Assembly: GCA_965205865.1 (NCBI GenBank)
Contig: CBDBHR010000025.1
Coordinates: 1-64,000, forward strand
Direction of reading: 5' to 3'
DNA length: 64,000 bases
DNA from: a bacterium
GTDB lineage: Bacteria > SAR324 > NAC60-12
The position numbers and the translations under genes are program-made. The notes below the pieces were generated by a model. It made no database searches and had not been told where the DNA came from. It saw nothing but the letters and a program-made list of their open reading frames with translations. Shown here piece after piece: positions 32,112 to 42,914 of the stretch. The stretch's first letter is position 1. Every line of letters starts with the position of its first letter.

Positions 32112-32562
32112 TTGCGATCCTCCTATAAAAATATGGATAATTTGGTAAAAGGCTGAAGAAAAAAGATATGTCATCTCGAACTTGTTGCGGGATACAAGAA
32201 GCAGTTAGCGAGGCATTCCCCTGAATTCCCGATAGAGTCGACCTTGACAAAAATAAAATATCACGGGTTACTATTTGATAACAGATCCTTGGGGATTGTG
32301 GAAATCAACCATTTGAGATAAAATCAAAACGTATTGTCAAAGTAAAACAAGAATCATGAATGACAAGCACTGCCATTCTTTTTCCGTGCCAAAATGAAAA
32401 TTGTTCAAGTTTTTCAAAAAGTCCGAATTAAAGCCGGTCGAGATCTACATGGGGATGCTCATAACGCTCTTTGGTGAACGGGAAACCGTTGGAGAGCAAG
32501 CACAGGGTTTTAAGACGCAGCCGGTCTGACACCAGAAAAAAAGAAAAGCGACGAATACTGCC

Positions 32563-33441
32563 ATGCTGTTACGATCTCTACTTTTTGTCCCCGCAACCAA
32601 TGAAAAATTGCTGGAGAGCGCGCTTCGGCGTAAGGCTGACGCGATCCAGCTCGATTTGGAAGATGCCATTCCGCAGAACGAAAAAGAAGCGGCCCGCCAA
32701 GCGGCGGCCCGGGCAATCGGGAAAATACGGGGGCGTTGTCCTTATGTCGTGGTACGCATCAATGCGCCGCTGCGATTGGCGTTGCCGGACCTTGAAACGA
32801 TAATGGGTCCCGGCCTGGATGCCATTACGATCCCAAAAGTTCCCCACGCGCACTTTCTACGACTTTTGGATGAAACAATTGGAGAATTGGAAGCGGAACG
32901 TGGTCTGCCGCCGGGGGGCGTGCGTTTGATCGCCACGATTGAAAACGCGGAAGGGTTGATTCACGTCAATGAAATTGCAACCGCAACTCCTCGTCTATTG
33001 GCACTGATAGTCGGCACCGAAGATCTTTCCGCCTCATTGGGGACGCAACCTCTTCCCGATGCCATGTATGTCCCGCATATCCTGGCCTTGGTTGCCGCCC
33101 GCCAGGCTGGTATCATTCCATTGGGATACCTGGGGTCCATTGCCGTTTATAACGACAAGGAAACCTATCGGGAATGGGTCGGTCGCGCCGCCCTGCTTGG
33201 TTTTGAAGGAGCTTTCTGCATCCATCCCAATCAAGTCGAGATCTGTAACGAGGTCTTCCAACCCTCTGCAGACGAGATTGCCAAAGCCCGCCGATTGGTC
33301 GACGCCTACGAAAAACACCTCGCTTCCGGTGTGGGTGTCTTTGTCGATGAGGGCCAAATGGTAGATAATCCCGTGATCAAACGCGCCCGCGCCGTCCTTG
33401 ACAAAGCGGACGCGATTCAGGGACGATCCCTGAACCCATGA
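32563..33441 (+). CDS. CitE/HpcH-family CoA-ester lyase
   Basis: RSLLFVP, LDLEDA, VRIN, GTEDL, IHPNQ. Confidence 0.92.
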   Translation: MLLRSLLFVPATNEKLLESALRRKADAIQLDLEDAIPQNEKEAARQAAARAIGKIRGRCPYVVVRINAPLRLALPDLETIMGPGLDAITIPKVPHAHFLRLLDETIGELEAERGLPPGGVRLIATIENAEGLIHVNEIATATPRLLALIVGTEDLSASLGTQPLPDAMYVPHILALVAARQAGIIPLGYLGSIAVYNDKETYREWVGRAALLGFEGAFCIHPNQVEICNEVFQPSADEIAKARRLVDAYEKHLASGVGVFVDEGQMVDNPVIKRARAVLDKADAIQGRSLNP

Positions 33442-33478
33442 GTCTCTTCAATATCTTGAAACTGCCGGTTGCCAAAAC

Positions 33479-35113
33479 TCACTTAGAGACATTTTTTTCG
33501 ACTTTGGAAATGGCCTCCACCAGGGCAGGTCGACCTTCTCGATTGGCGGCTTCTGCCCGCTTGAACGCAGGAGCCAGACCACCCGGCGTGGCCACCCGCT
33601 CGCTATGGACTCCCAACCCTTCTGCGATTTTAGAATAATTGCCCCCCAATTCGTTGCTCCTGTAGCGTTTGGTAGCCTCTGGCAAATGGTGATCATAATT
33701 GGTCATCACCGAGTTGTTGAGCACCACAGTCAGGATGGGAATTTCGGAGCGCACGGCGGTTTCGAGATCCAAGCCCGACATGCCGAATGCGGCATCTCCC
33801 ATGATGTTGATCACCTGCTTCTCAGGAGCCGCCAATTTGGCGCCGATTGACAGGCCCAGTCCATAACCCAACTGGGTGGATTTACCCCAACCAATGTAGC
33901 CACGGGGAGAAACGGGTTTCCACATAGGCAGCAACTGATCGCGAGGATAACCGGAATCATGTGTGATGATGGTGTTGGCCGGGTCAAAGGAATTTGCCAG
34001 TTCTCGAAACACGCGGTAAGGGTTGATGGGGATTTCGTCGGAGGCATGGCGGGATTCCCACTCCGCATCAAATTCATCACGAACGGAAGCAACACGATTT
34101 GCGACACCCTGGCCATCTCCGCGCACCCTCGGACCATCCTGTCGCTGATATTCTTCGATCATTTGCTGAAGCGCCAGGCGAATTTCTCCGACCGCGCCAA
34201 ACTCGACTTCGTAATCTTTACCGATATCTTCCGCACAGTTGCTCACCTGAGCAAGAACAATACCTTCAGGCATTGGGGTCGTGAAGGTGTTCCGAGTGAA
34301 ACTGGTTCCGACTCCCATGCTGAAATCCGTAGATTCCAGAAAGCGTCGCACCATCAAAGTACGCGACAGTCCTCCTGTTCCCAAAGCCAGAGGATGATTT
34401 TCCGGAAAAGCGCTTTTGCCGGCCAAGGTGGTCATGACAGGCAGTTGAGCCAACTCTGCAAAGGCGACCAATTCGGCCGTTGCTTGCGAATACAGCACCC
34501 CTTGCCCGGCAACGATGACGGGAGAGGAAGCTTTCAACAAGGCCGTTATCAGTTCCCGCACATCTTCCTTGGAGGCGAGGGATTCTCGACGTCGAACAAT
34601 TTTGTATTCCTCGACATTTCCCGGATAATCCAATCCCATCACGTCCCCGGGCATCTCTAACATCACTGGTCCGGGGTGACCTTGTTTCATCTGTATTAAT
34701 GCGCGTCGTAACATGTGCGGAATGTCTTCAACCTTGTTGATCTGGGCAGCCCATTTGGTAACGTATTGAAAATTTCGACGGGCCTCGAAAGTCGGAGACA
34801 CTCCCTGTCGAGACAAAGGCTCTCCTCCCGCCAAAATCAGCATAGGGACCGAGTCGGCATATGCTTGGGCCACGCCGGCGAAGCAATTCTCCGCCCCCGG
34901 CCCTTGCTGCATACTAAACACCCCAAACCTGCGTCCATTCGAAATACGACTGAAACCGTCCGCGATATTGACTCCGCTGCGTTCCTGACGACAAATGATG
35001 GGCCTAATACCAATGTGGGCGCAGGCTTCGATGAGAGGTTGGGCAGGAAAGGCGGAGAGGAACTCCACTCCTTCGATCTGCAATATTCTTGCTAATGCTT
35101 CATATCCATTCAT
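33479..35113 (-). CDS. Thiamine-pyrophosphate-requiring enzyme
   Basis: RQER..ADGFSR, GPG, GDAAFG...NN. Confidence 0.92.
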   Translation of the reverse strand: MNGYEALARILQIEGVEFLSAFPAQPLIEACAHIGIRPIICRQERSGVNIADGFSRISNGRRFGVFSMQQGPGAENCFAGVAQAYADSVPMLILAGGEPLSRQGVSPTFEARRNFQYVTKWAAQINKVEDIPHMLRRALIQMKQGHPGPVMLEMPGDVMGLDYPGNVEEYKIVRRRESLASKEDVRELITALLKASSPVIVAGQGVLYSQATAELVAFAELAQLPVMTTLAGKSAFPENHPLALGTGGLSRTLMVRRFLESTDFSMGVGTSFTRNTFTTPMPEGIVLAQVSNCAEDIGKDYEVEFGAVGEIRLALQQMIEEYQRQDGPRVRGDGQGVANRVASVRDEFDAEWESRHASDEIPINPYRVFRELANSFDPANTIITHDSGYPRDQLLPMWKPVSPRGYIGWGKSTQLGYGLGLSIGAKLAAPEKQVINIMGDAAFGMSGLDLETAVRSEIPILTVVLNNSVMTNYDHHLPEATKRYRSNELGGNYSKIAEGLGVHSERVATPGGLAPAFKRAEAANREGRPALVEAISKVEKNVSK

Positions 35114-35138
35114 AGTTGATACCTCATTGCTTATCGAT

Positions 35139-36002
35139 TCAGTAAAGAATTTGTTGATTGGAAAGGCTTCCGCCACCGACTCGATCTTCAATGCTGGCCC
35201 CACGGTACTCCTTGATTTCCAGAGCGCTGAAGGCGTTGATGATCATGTATTGCGTGGGTAGGTCCTCCCAGCGAGCCCTATGGAATTTTATGGTGCCATC
35301 TCCTCGATACAAAGATTGTGGAGGCGTTGGATTTGTCGATGCCGGAGATAACACCGCATAAGCAACATCTTCCTTGCCCCATTCCCCAGTCCGGGGCATG
35401 TATTTATAATGGATTTGTCCTCTCAGTGTTCCGTCGACCGGAGGCCGAGCGGGTGTAGCAAGGTCCGCGGCGTTTACCTCTTTCATGTTGGTAAGCTTGA
35501 TATCGAGAAAACGGAACCCCATCCAACTGGCGGCGCAATGGATCTCTCCGTTGTAAACGACGGGTTCCGGCAAGTCACAATAGATTTTGGAAAAACCCAG
35601 TTGTTCCCGACCTGTGAGGATCGGATCGGTCAGGTTTTCCCAAAGCACCGTCAAAAAAGGGCCACTGGCGCGGTCTTTTTTGCCTTGGTAGACCACCGGA
35701 AAAGTGACGCCAAGAAGATTATAGCCACGCCCTGCCAGCCAATCGATCTCCTTCATGTAGGTTTCACTGACAGTCACCACCGGTTCTCCCGACAATTCGA
35801 ATCCCGGTGGTAGAAAATCTTTCAATTGCTCCGCGTTGGTAAGAAAACTGACCGAGACGCTCTTGCACTTGCGTTGGTCCTGCTCAAAAGCAAACTTCTT
35901 GCCGCCCGGGCCTTGTCTCGGCCCGGACATGGGACCGAAATGGGTCGGCATCATGTACATCAATTCCTGATTCAAGGGATATGTCATTTTTTTCTCCTTC
36001 AT
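35139..36002 (-). CDS. Acetoacetate decarboxylase family protein
   Basis: PILTGREQLGFSK motif. Confidence 0.85.
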   Translation of the reverse strand: MKEKKMTYPLNQELMYMMPTHFGPMSGPRQGPGGKKFAFEQDQRKCKSVSVSFLTNAEQLKDFLPPGFELSGEPVVTVSETYMKEIDWLAGRGYNLLGVTFPVVYQGKKDRASGPFLTVLWENLTDPILTGREQLGFSKIYCDLPEPVVYNGEIHCAASWMGFRFLDIKLTNMKEVNAADLATPARPPVDGTLRGQIHYKYMPRTGEWGKEDVAYAVLSPASTNPTPPQSLYRGDGTIKFHRARWEDLPTQYMIINAFSALEIKEYRGASIEDRVGGGSLSNQQILY

Positions 36003-36880
36003 TTGGTTTGTTTTTTTGGGTATTTGCCCATGATAAAATTATGGCCGAGAAGCGGCTGGGCTGCAAAAAGCCCACCGTCGACGGGTAAGACTACGCCCGA
36101 GATCCAACCTGCCTCGTCACTGGCCAGAAAAACGGCAGCCCAGGCGACGTCCCAGGGAGTGCCCTCGGTTCCCAACGGGACGACTTGCCGTCGTCGCTCC
36201 CGAAGATCGGAAGGCAGGTGGCTTGTAAATGCGGAGTGCAGATGACCCGGAGCGATGCAATTGGCTCGAATGCCATCCCGCCCATGCCACGCTGCGGTTG
36301 TTTGGGTTAAAATATGGAGAGCTCCTTTGGAAACCGAATAGGGCAGCCCAAAGTGGTCGGCAGCAGCAAGGGCATCGCAGGACGAAAAATTGATAATCGA
36401 TCCTCCTCCTGAGGCGATCATGGCAGGAATAGCATGCTTGCTTGCCAGCATGGCACTTTTCAGATTTAGATCCATGGCCCATTCCAATTCGTTTTCATCA
36501 AATTCCGCAACACCGGACCCTTTACTTTTCTCACTCGAGATTCGACTTTGTCCACCAAAGCCAAGATTGTTGACCAGTACGTGCAAGCCGCCAAAGCGTT
36601 CGACCGCCTCACTCACCATTGCGCGACAATCTTCATTTTTAGTACCATCTCCGGTGAAAATTGACGCCTCGCCGCTAATCTCGTCTCTAATGGTTTCTAC
36701 GGTTCGTGCCGCATTTTCAGCCGTCAAGTCGGCCACCACGACTCTGGCGCCTTCCCTGGCCAGACAAATCGCCGTGGCTCTGCCGGTACCTGACTCACCC
36801 TCGTAGCCACCACCTCCGGTGACGATAGCAACTTTGCCCTGCAGTCTGGGTTCTCGTTTTCCGTATGATTCAAAATTCAT
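35999..36880 (-). CDS. Short-chain dehydrogenase/reductase
   Basis: TGGGG...GTG, YSVSK, VDGG. Confidence 0.9.
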   Translation of the reverse strand: MNFESYGKREPRLQGKVAIVTGGGGYEGESGTGRATAICLAREGARVVVADLTAENAARTVETIRDEISGEASIFTGDGTKNEDCRAMVSEAVERFGGLHVLVNNLGFGGQSRISSEKSKGSGVAEFDENELEWAMDLNLKSAMLASKHAIPAMIASGGGSIINFSSCDALAAADHFGLPYSVSKGALHILTQTTAAWHGRDGIRANCIAPGHLHSAFTSHLPSDLRERRRQVVPLGTEGTPWDVAWAAVFLASDEAGWISGVVLPVDGGLFAAQPLLGHNFIMGKYPKKQTK

Positions 36881-36922
36881 AGTATGGCTCTCCGGTATAT
36901 GAAGCGGGGATGCGCAGGCGTC

Positions 36923-37756
36923 TCAATCCATTAAGACGCCACCGTCGATCGTAATGGACAATCCGGTCAGAAAGTCGGATTCGGAGGAAACCAAATAAGC
37001 GGCAGTTTGTGCCACGTCCCGAGGAGTGCCAATCCGTCTCAGTGGCGCGCCGGATAAGGTTCTTTTTTTGATTTCTTCCAAATGGTCTGCCGTAGAAACG
37101 CCATCAGGCGCGGTAGCTTCCGCAATATCAGTGTATCGCTCAGTTAGTATCATGCCCGGGCAGAGCGCGTGGACTTGAATGCCATGGGGTCCCAGTTCCT
37201 TGGCCAGGGATTGAGTCAACCCCCGTATGGCAAATTTCGATGCGCAGTAGGCTCCAAAGTTCGCGAAGCCAAACTTACCCGACAGGGAGGACATATTGAG
37301 AATCTTGCCTCCCCGACCCTGTTTTATCATCACTCGAGCCACGGTTTTGCAGCACAAAAATGTGCCTTTCGCGTTCACTCGCTGCACTCGGTCCCATTCT
37401 TCCTCTTTTAATTCTACCAAAGGAACTCGATCCTCACCTGCTGCCGTGCCGGCGTTGTTGACCAGGATATCGATCTGTCCGAAGCTCCGCAAAGTTTGGC
37501 GGACCATTTCCTCGACGTCACCTGCCTGGGAAACATCGCCCAGGATCGCCAAAGCTTTTCCCCCCAATTCTTCAATTTCACGCACCACATCCGGCAACCC
37601 GGCCCAACTTGTCGAGTTCCTGGGGTTAGCCATATAATCAGTGACGACCACATCGGCTCCTTCCCGCGCCAATCGAGTGGCAATGGCTCGTCCAATACCT
37701 TGTTCGCCACCCGCTCCAGTCACCAAGGCCACTTTTCCTGCAAAATTGTATGTCAT
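36923..37756 (-). CDS. Short-chain dehydrogenase/reductase
   Basis: TGAGG..GIG, NNAG, YCASK. Confidence 0.92.
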   Translation of the reverse strand: MTYNFAGKVALVTGAGGEQGIGRAIATRLAREGADVVVTDYMANPRNSTSWAGLPDVVREIEELGGKALAILGDVSQAGDVEEMVRQTLRSFGQIDILVNNAGTAAGEDRVPLVELKEEEWDRVQRVNAKGTFLCCKTVARVMIKQGRGGKILNMSSLSGKFGFANFGAYCASKFAIRGLTQSLAKELGPHGIQVHALCPGMILTERYTDIAEATAPDGVSTADHLEEIKKRTLSGAPLRRIGTPRDVAQTAAYLVSSESDFLTGLSITIDGGVLMD

Positions 37757-38232
37757 TTTGGAATCCAAAGTTTTCAAAAACTCGAATTCTATCAATTTCA
37801 TTCGGGGATTACAAGCATAAAGTTTTCTGACCGTTGATCACTTTTATGTAAAATGGAAAATTTTATTTTTGGTTTGAAAGAACCTGAGTTTTATTTTGGA
37901 CAATATTTGATAATAAACCTGTGGTTAATCACAGCCGTAAACAATTAATTTGGCCGCTCCTTCCCTTAAGAAATTTACCAAAGAATCAAAATATTCTCTC
38001 GTCAATTTCTCGTTACGCACCAAACTTTCAAATTTGATGCTCAACTTCCCAGAAAACTCACTCAATTGATAAAAGAAACCGGTCATGGTGCCATGCATAC
38101 GCTTGAACTTCCCAAAAGGAATAAAACGACTGACACTGAAATTCTTAAATACGTGAATGATCAAGACTGCGTCCTCGTCACAAAAGATCAGGATTTTGTC
38201 AATTCCTTCCTTGTCTCTCGCCATCCTGATAA

Positions 38233-38791
38233 GTCATTACCACCGGCAGAGCCGGTGGCTTGAAAAGGCCCCCAGGATGGGGGCAAAACGTGCTCGTATT
38301 CGTAAAACGTGCTCGTGAACGTGAACGAAAGGGGTTATGCCAGATCATGAAAAATTAGATGTTTACCAATGTTCCATCGAATTTTTAGCATTGAGTGTCC
38401 AAATCATTGAGACATTGCTCAGAGGAAACTCTGCCTTAGTTGATCAACTGAAGCGTGCCTCATGGTCGATTCCTCTCAATATTGCCGAGGGGTGTGGCAA
38501 AACGTCTCTTTCCGACAAGCATCGATTCTACGCGATTGCTCGAGGATCCTCTATGGAATGTGGTGCGATTCTCGATGTTCTGAAAGTTTTGAAGATCGTT
38601 CAGTCTCCATTATTCGATAAAGGAAAACAGTTACTACATCGCATTGTCGCTATGTTAACAAAAATGTGTCAACGATCTCACTAATCGTTCACGAGCACGA
38701 GCACGGCTCACGGACACGTATACGTTACTCATGTCTGACCGGCAAAGCCTATTAGGTTCGCACCAGCAGAGCTGGTGGTTTAATGAATTCA
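38233..38791 (-). mobile_element. Non-autonomous IS200/IS605-like element carrying a four-helix-bundle gene
   Basis: End hairpins CCACCGGC-AGA-GCCGGTGG and CACCAGC-AGA-GCTGGTG; extra GCCCCC..GGGGGC hairpin; no target duplication. Confidence 0.75.
38337..38684 (+). CDS. Four-helix-bundle protein (23S rRNA IVS / bAvd-like family)
   Basis: HEKLDVYQ...DQLKRASWSIPLNIAEG...IARGSSMEC. Confidence 0.92.
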   Translation: MPDHEKLDVYQCSIEFLALSVQIIETLLRGNSALVDQLKRASWSIPLNIAEGCGKTSLSDKHRFYAIARGSSMECGAILDVLKVLKIVQSPLFDKGKQLLHRIVAMLTKMCQRSH

Positions 38792-39304
38792 ATTACTGCT
38801 TGTTTCGACAGGAAATATCAAAAATCGGGAGTTAGAAAAGATATTTTCAACAAAGCCGGATCAAATCATCCGTTTATTTCAAGAATATCATTTCGTTGAA
38901 TTGAGCAAAGAGTTTCTTCTCATTCATGAGTAAGCCACCTTCACAAGTACACACACGCAACATTGTATTACAACATGTCATCTCGACGCCTGGAGAGATC
39001 TAAAGATTCCTCGCCTTTGGTTCGGAGTGATACAACAACGGATGTGCTACAATGTCATGTATTAGTAAAGCCAAAAGCTATTTCGCGTCAGCGACTCGCT
39101 ATTGTCTAAAAGGAAATTTGTAATATTTTAGCGCGCTTCTCAATAATACTTGACATTGACTGCAGGGATAGCGGATAGTGCGACAGTTTTTTGTTCCTCA
39201 GTCGGAGAGCGAAGGTTACCAAAACCGTGGTGAGCGCCTCGAGGTGGCGCCTGTTCATGCTGCTCCCAAACCTGCAATATCGTATAGGAAGGATCGAGTT
39301 TAAA

Positions 39305-40381
39305 ATGCTTGAACGATTTAAGGTTCCAGAAGAGATTGCCGTCCGCGTCAATCATAATGACATGCGAATGACGGTTGGAGCAATCTTTCAAAAGATGGAG
39401 ATGCCGGAAGCCGATGCTCGACTGGCGGCTGATGTCCTCATGTATGCGGATATCCGCGGAATCGAGACCCATGGGGTCTCCAACATGATGCCTGTTTATA
39501 TCAAAATGTTTCGCGACGGAAAGATCAATCCGACTCCCAACCCTCGGATCATCGCCGAAGCGCCTGCCGTGGCGACGCTTGATTCGGACCGGGGATTCGG
39601 CTTGGTGGTCGGCCCACAAGCCATGGATATGGCCATTGAACGCGCAAAAAAATATGGGATAGGCGCCATTACTCTAACCAACGGCGCTCATTTTGGGGCA
39701 GCCGCTTATCACGCCGCAATGGCTCTGAAACACGACATGATTGGAATGGCAATGACCACAGGCTGGTTGGCTCTGGTTCCCACTCATGGCGCCAGACCGA
39801 TGGTGGGCTTGAATCCCTTGGCAGTTGCCGTACCGGCGCAACAAGAACCCCCTTTCCTCTTTGACGCCACCATGAGTTCTGTTGCCGGGAACAAGATTGG
39901 TCTGGCAAAAAGGCTCGGCGTGGATGCTTTGCCGGGTTGGATTGCGGAGAAAGACGGCAGCCCGATTATGGAGGAAGGACCCATTCCCTCGGAATGGATG
40001 TTGCTTCCGCTCGGCGGCACCCGCGAGATAGGATCTCATAAAGGCTACTCGCTGGCGATGATGATCGAAATACTATGTGGCGTCTTGGGAGGCGATGGCG
40101 CCGGTCCCTTCAGACGTCAGGATCCGTCGCACCACTTTCTGGCCTACAACGTCAGTGCATTTGGCGATGTCGAAGCCTTCAAGCAGGAGATGGACATCTA
40201 CCTCCGTAGTCTGCAAGAAACGCCTGCGGCACCCGGTGAAGATCGCGTGGTGTATGCAGGATTGCAGGCGCGCGAAGAAGAGATTTCGCGAATGGAGAAA
40301 GGTATTCCGTATCACCCCGATGTCATCGAATGGTTCCACGGAATCACCAGCGAACTGGACTTACCGGACCGCTTCCGCTGA
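39305..40381 (+). CDS. Ldh_2 family (malate/L-lactate/ureidoglycolate-type) oxidoreductase
   Basis: ADIRGIETHG, HFGAA, GLNPLA, HKGYSL. Confidence 0.92.
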   Translation: MLERFKVPEEIAVRVNHNDMRMTVGAIFQKMEMPEADARLAADVLMYADIRGIETHGVSNMMPVYIKMFRDGKINPTPNPRIIAEAPAVATLDSDRGFGLVVGPQAMDMAIERAKKYGIGAITLTNGAHFGAAAYHAAMALKHDMIGMAMTTGWLALVPTHGARPMVGLNPLAVAVPAQQEPPFLFDATMSSVAGNKIGLAKRLGVDALPGWIAEKDGSPIMEEGPIPSEWMLLPLGGTREIGSHKGYSLAMMIEILCGVLGGDGAGPFRRQDPSHHFLAYNVSAFGDVEAFKQEMDIYLRSLQETPAAPGEDRVVYAGLQAREEEISRMEKGIPYHPDVIEWFHGITSELDLPDRFR

Positions 40382-40465
40382 AAATTTAATCAATCTTTCG
40401 GCCATCTCTTTGCCACCAGGAACGCTGAATTTTGATGGCGATGGCCGTCATGCTTCTTATTCCGG

Positions 40466-41470
40466 CTACCAGGCATAGGCTTCGGGTGCTTCTCCCCCCG
40501 GTCCGGGCCAGATGTCATCCAGTTTGTCCAGCGTCTCTCGATCCAGCGTCACCTCGGTCGCGCGTACCGAACTTTCCAACTGCGCCAATGTACGAGGGCC
40601 AATGATCACCGAGGTCACTGCCGGGTTGTGAAGGAGCCAGGCTTGAGCTACTACGGCAGGCGTCTCTCCCAATTGCTTGCAAAGGGATTCATACCGTTCG
40701 AGTTGGTTTCGATGTTCAGCCACGAATATTTCATAACCTTTATCGTGACCCCTGCGTCCACTTTTTGGAGGTTTTTGCAAGATTCCGCCGAGACGCCCGC
40801 CATGCACGGGACCCCAAGGAATCAATCCGAGTCCATAATACCGGCAAGCAGGGATCACTTCCAACTCTGCGGTACGGGTACAAAGGTTGTATCTCGTCTG
40901 CTCGCTCACCAGTCCCATCATGTTTCGCCGCGATGCTTCCTGACAAGCGGTGGCAATGTCCCAGCCTGCAAAGTTGGAGGAACCAACGTAGTTGACCTTA
41001 CCTTGCTTCACGAGACTGTCGAAAGCCTGCCAGGTCTCTTCCCAGGGACATTCCCGGTCGATATGGTGCATTTGATAAAGGTCGATAATGTCCGTTTGCA
41101 GCCGACGCAACGAACCTTCTATTTGTCGGCGGATCTTGACGGCTCCATAACATTTCGATTGTCGATTCGGTTCTGCTCTCATGCCCTCCTTCAAGAACGC
41201 GGAGTAGACCTTGGTCGTCATCACAACCGCGTCCCTGCGACCATCGCCCTGAGCGAACCAACGTCCCACGAGTTCTTCGACAAGACCATATCCCCACTGG
41301 TATCCATATGCGTCGGCGGTATCGAAGAAATTGATACCGAGCTCCAATGCTCGATCCATGATGGCAAAACTATCTTTTTCATCGGTCACCGTCCCTAAAT
41401 TCACAGTGCCGAGGCACAGGTTGCTCACCAAGGTGCCATGTCTACCCAATCGCCTGTGTTCCACTGCCAT
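40466..41470 (-). CDS. Aldo/keto reductase
   Basis: LCLGT, FFDTADAYG, DLYQMH, GSSNF. Confidence 0.93.
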   Translation of the reverse strand: MAVEHRRLGRHGTLVSNLCLGTVNLGTVTDEKDSFAIMDRALELGINFFDTADAYGYQWGYGLVEELVGRWFAQGDGRRDAVVMTTKVYSAFLKEGMRAEPNRQSKCYGAVKIRRQIEGSLRRLQTDIIDLYQMHHIDRECPWEETWQAFDSLVKQGKVNYVGSSNFAGWDIATACQEASRRNMMGLVSEQTRYNLCTRTAELEVIPACRYYGLGLIPWGPVHGGRLGGILQKPPKSGRRGHDKGYEIFVAEHRNQLERYESLCKQLGETPAVVAQAWLLHNPAVTSVIIGPRTLAQLESSVRATEVTLDRETLDKLDDIWPGPGGEAPEAYAW

Positions 41471-41917
41471 GATTTTCTCCTCGTCTCAGTTTTTCATACC
41501 AGGTACCTGCTACCTGTTTCAAATTTGCGTACTCGTAATTCAATTGGCGCAACCTTCCCCCCGCTCACGTTTCCGGTGATACAACCCCTTTACTCACTCG
41601 ACAATTCTAAGATCTCGTAAGTCATTGAAGAATTAAGTCTGTGTTATGCACTTTGTCATTCCCGCGAAGCATGTCCCCCTGAAAGGGGAAACGGGAATAT
41701 GAAAAGAGGCAAGGGGGATTGCCCAAAGCATTATCCTATCAAACGTCTCGAGGAATGACCAGCATAAATATTTGTCTAGTTGACTCTGCCGCATATTTCC
41801 GCGCTCCCGTCCGTCCGAATAACGAAGCGGAAGGAGCAGATATACGAAGAACACTCGAGACTGCAGGAGTGATTCAGGTCGATGAAGCCCGTCTTTGAAA
41901 AATATTCTTAAAAATTC

Positions 41918-42697
41918 CTACCAACAAGTGAATCCGCCATCGACAACCAGCACGCCACCTGTCATTAAACTGGAAGCTTCACTTCCCAGAAACAGGACTG
42001 CCGAGGCGATTTCGTGGGATTCGCCGATGCGATTCTGAGGAGTCGCTTCTTTCATTTTTGCCAGGATTTCCGGCCTTTCCAAGCCTTTCTTCGTCATATC
42101 CGTCGCAATATAAGTAGGGGCAACCGCATTGACCCGCACGCCCCGGCTGGCCCATTCGACGGCCAGGCATTTAGTCAGTTGGTGAACGGCAGCTTTGCTG
42201 GCATTGTAGGCGGCTTGGGAGAACCCATTGTTGACAACGATGCCGGACATGGAACCCAGATTTACAATACTGCCCCGCTCTTGCGCAAGCATGATATTTC
42301 CAAAAGCCCGGCAACACCAAAATACGCTGTTGAGATTGATGTCGATCGTTTTATTCCAACTCTCATCCTGCAGGGCTTCACCTCTTATGCCGTTCCCCCC
42401 AATGCCTTGACTGTTGACCACAATATCCACCTTTTGATACGTTTGTTGGATGGTAGCTGCCAGGGAATCGACCTGCCGGGTGCTGGTCAGATCCACAATA
42501 TGCGCCGTCGCCTCCACTTTTCTTTCCTCACGCAATCGTTGGGCGGAGGCTTCGACTTCCGGTAAGATGTCGCTCAATACCAGAGCGGCGCCACATTCTG
42601 CAAACGCTTCTGCGCAGGCATAACCGATTCCGCGGGCGCCACCATTGATGACGACGACTTTGCCGGTGAGTTTATATTTTTCCAAATACATAAGCAT
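41918..42697 (-). CDS. Short-chain dehydrogenase (polyol dehydrogenase-like)
   Basis: GGARGIG, SMSG, YNASK, VDGGFTCW. Confidence 0.92.
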   Translation of the reverse strand: MLMYLEKYKLTGKVVVINGGARGIGYACAEAFAECGAALVLSDILPEVEASAQRLREERKVEATAHIVDLTSTRQVDSLAATIQQTYQKVDIVVNSQGIGGNGIRGEALQDESWNKTIDINLNSVFWCCRAFGNIMLAQERGSIVNLGSMSGIVVNNGFSQAAYNASKAAVHQLTKCLAVEWASRGVRVNAVAPTYIATDMTKKGLERPEILAKMKEATPQNRIGESHEIASAVLFLGSEASSLMTGGVLVVDGGFTCW

Positions 42698-42914
42698 TCC
42701 TTATTTGTTAATTGGTTGACTTTGTTTTTCTATTTCAGTCCTTCCTGGTTCGAGAAAGATTCCAGGAAAATACCAGACAATGCATTTACCGGATCCCGAA
42801 TCGAGTCCGGGATGACAAACTATTGATATCATTAATTATTCTAAAAACAACAACAAATATCACCTCCTTCGGAATAATCGACGCGGAGTAATTCGAATCC
42901 AATTGATTGGAGAC

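Larger units (their letters stand above)
38036..38933 (+). pseudogene. DUF5615 PIN-like toxin, 5'-truncated and split by a 559-bp insertion
   Basis: DAQLP...D.EI...VLVTKDQDF...HPDK | LLLVSTGNIKN...IHE*; the two halves rejoin in frame. Confidence 0.85.

Noticed and set aside
24221-38684. Diversity-generating retroelement or retron (RT + Avd-like protein)
   Set aside because: The RT lies within clear group IIC intron boundaries, about 13 kb from the four-helix gene, and I saw no TR/VR pair differing at adenines
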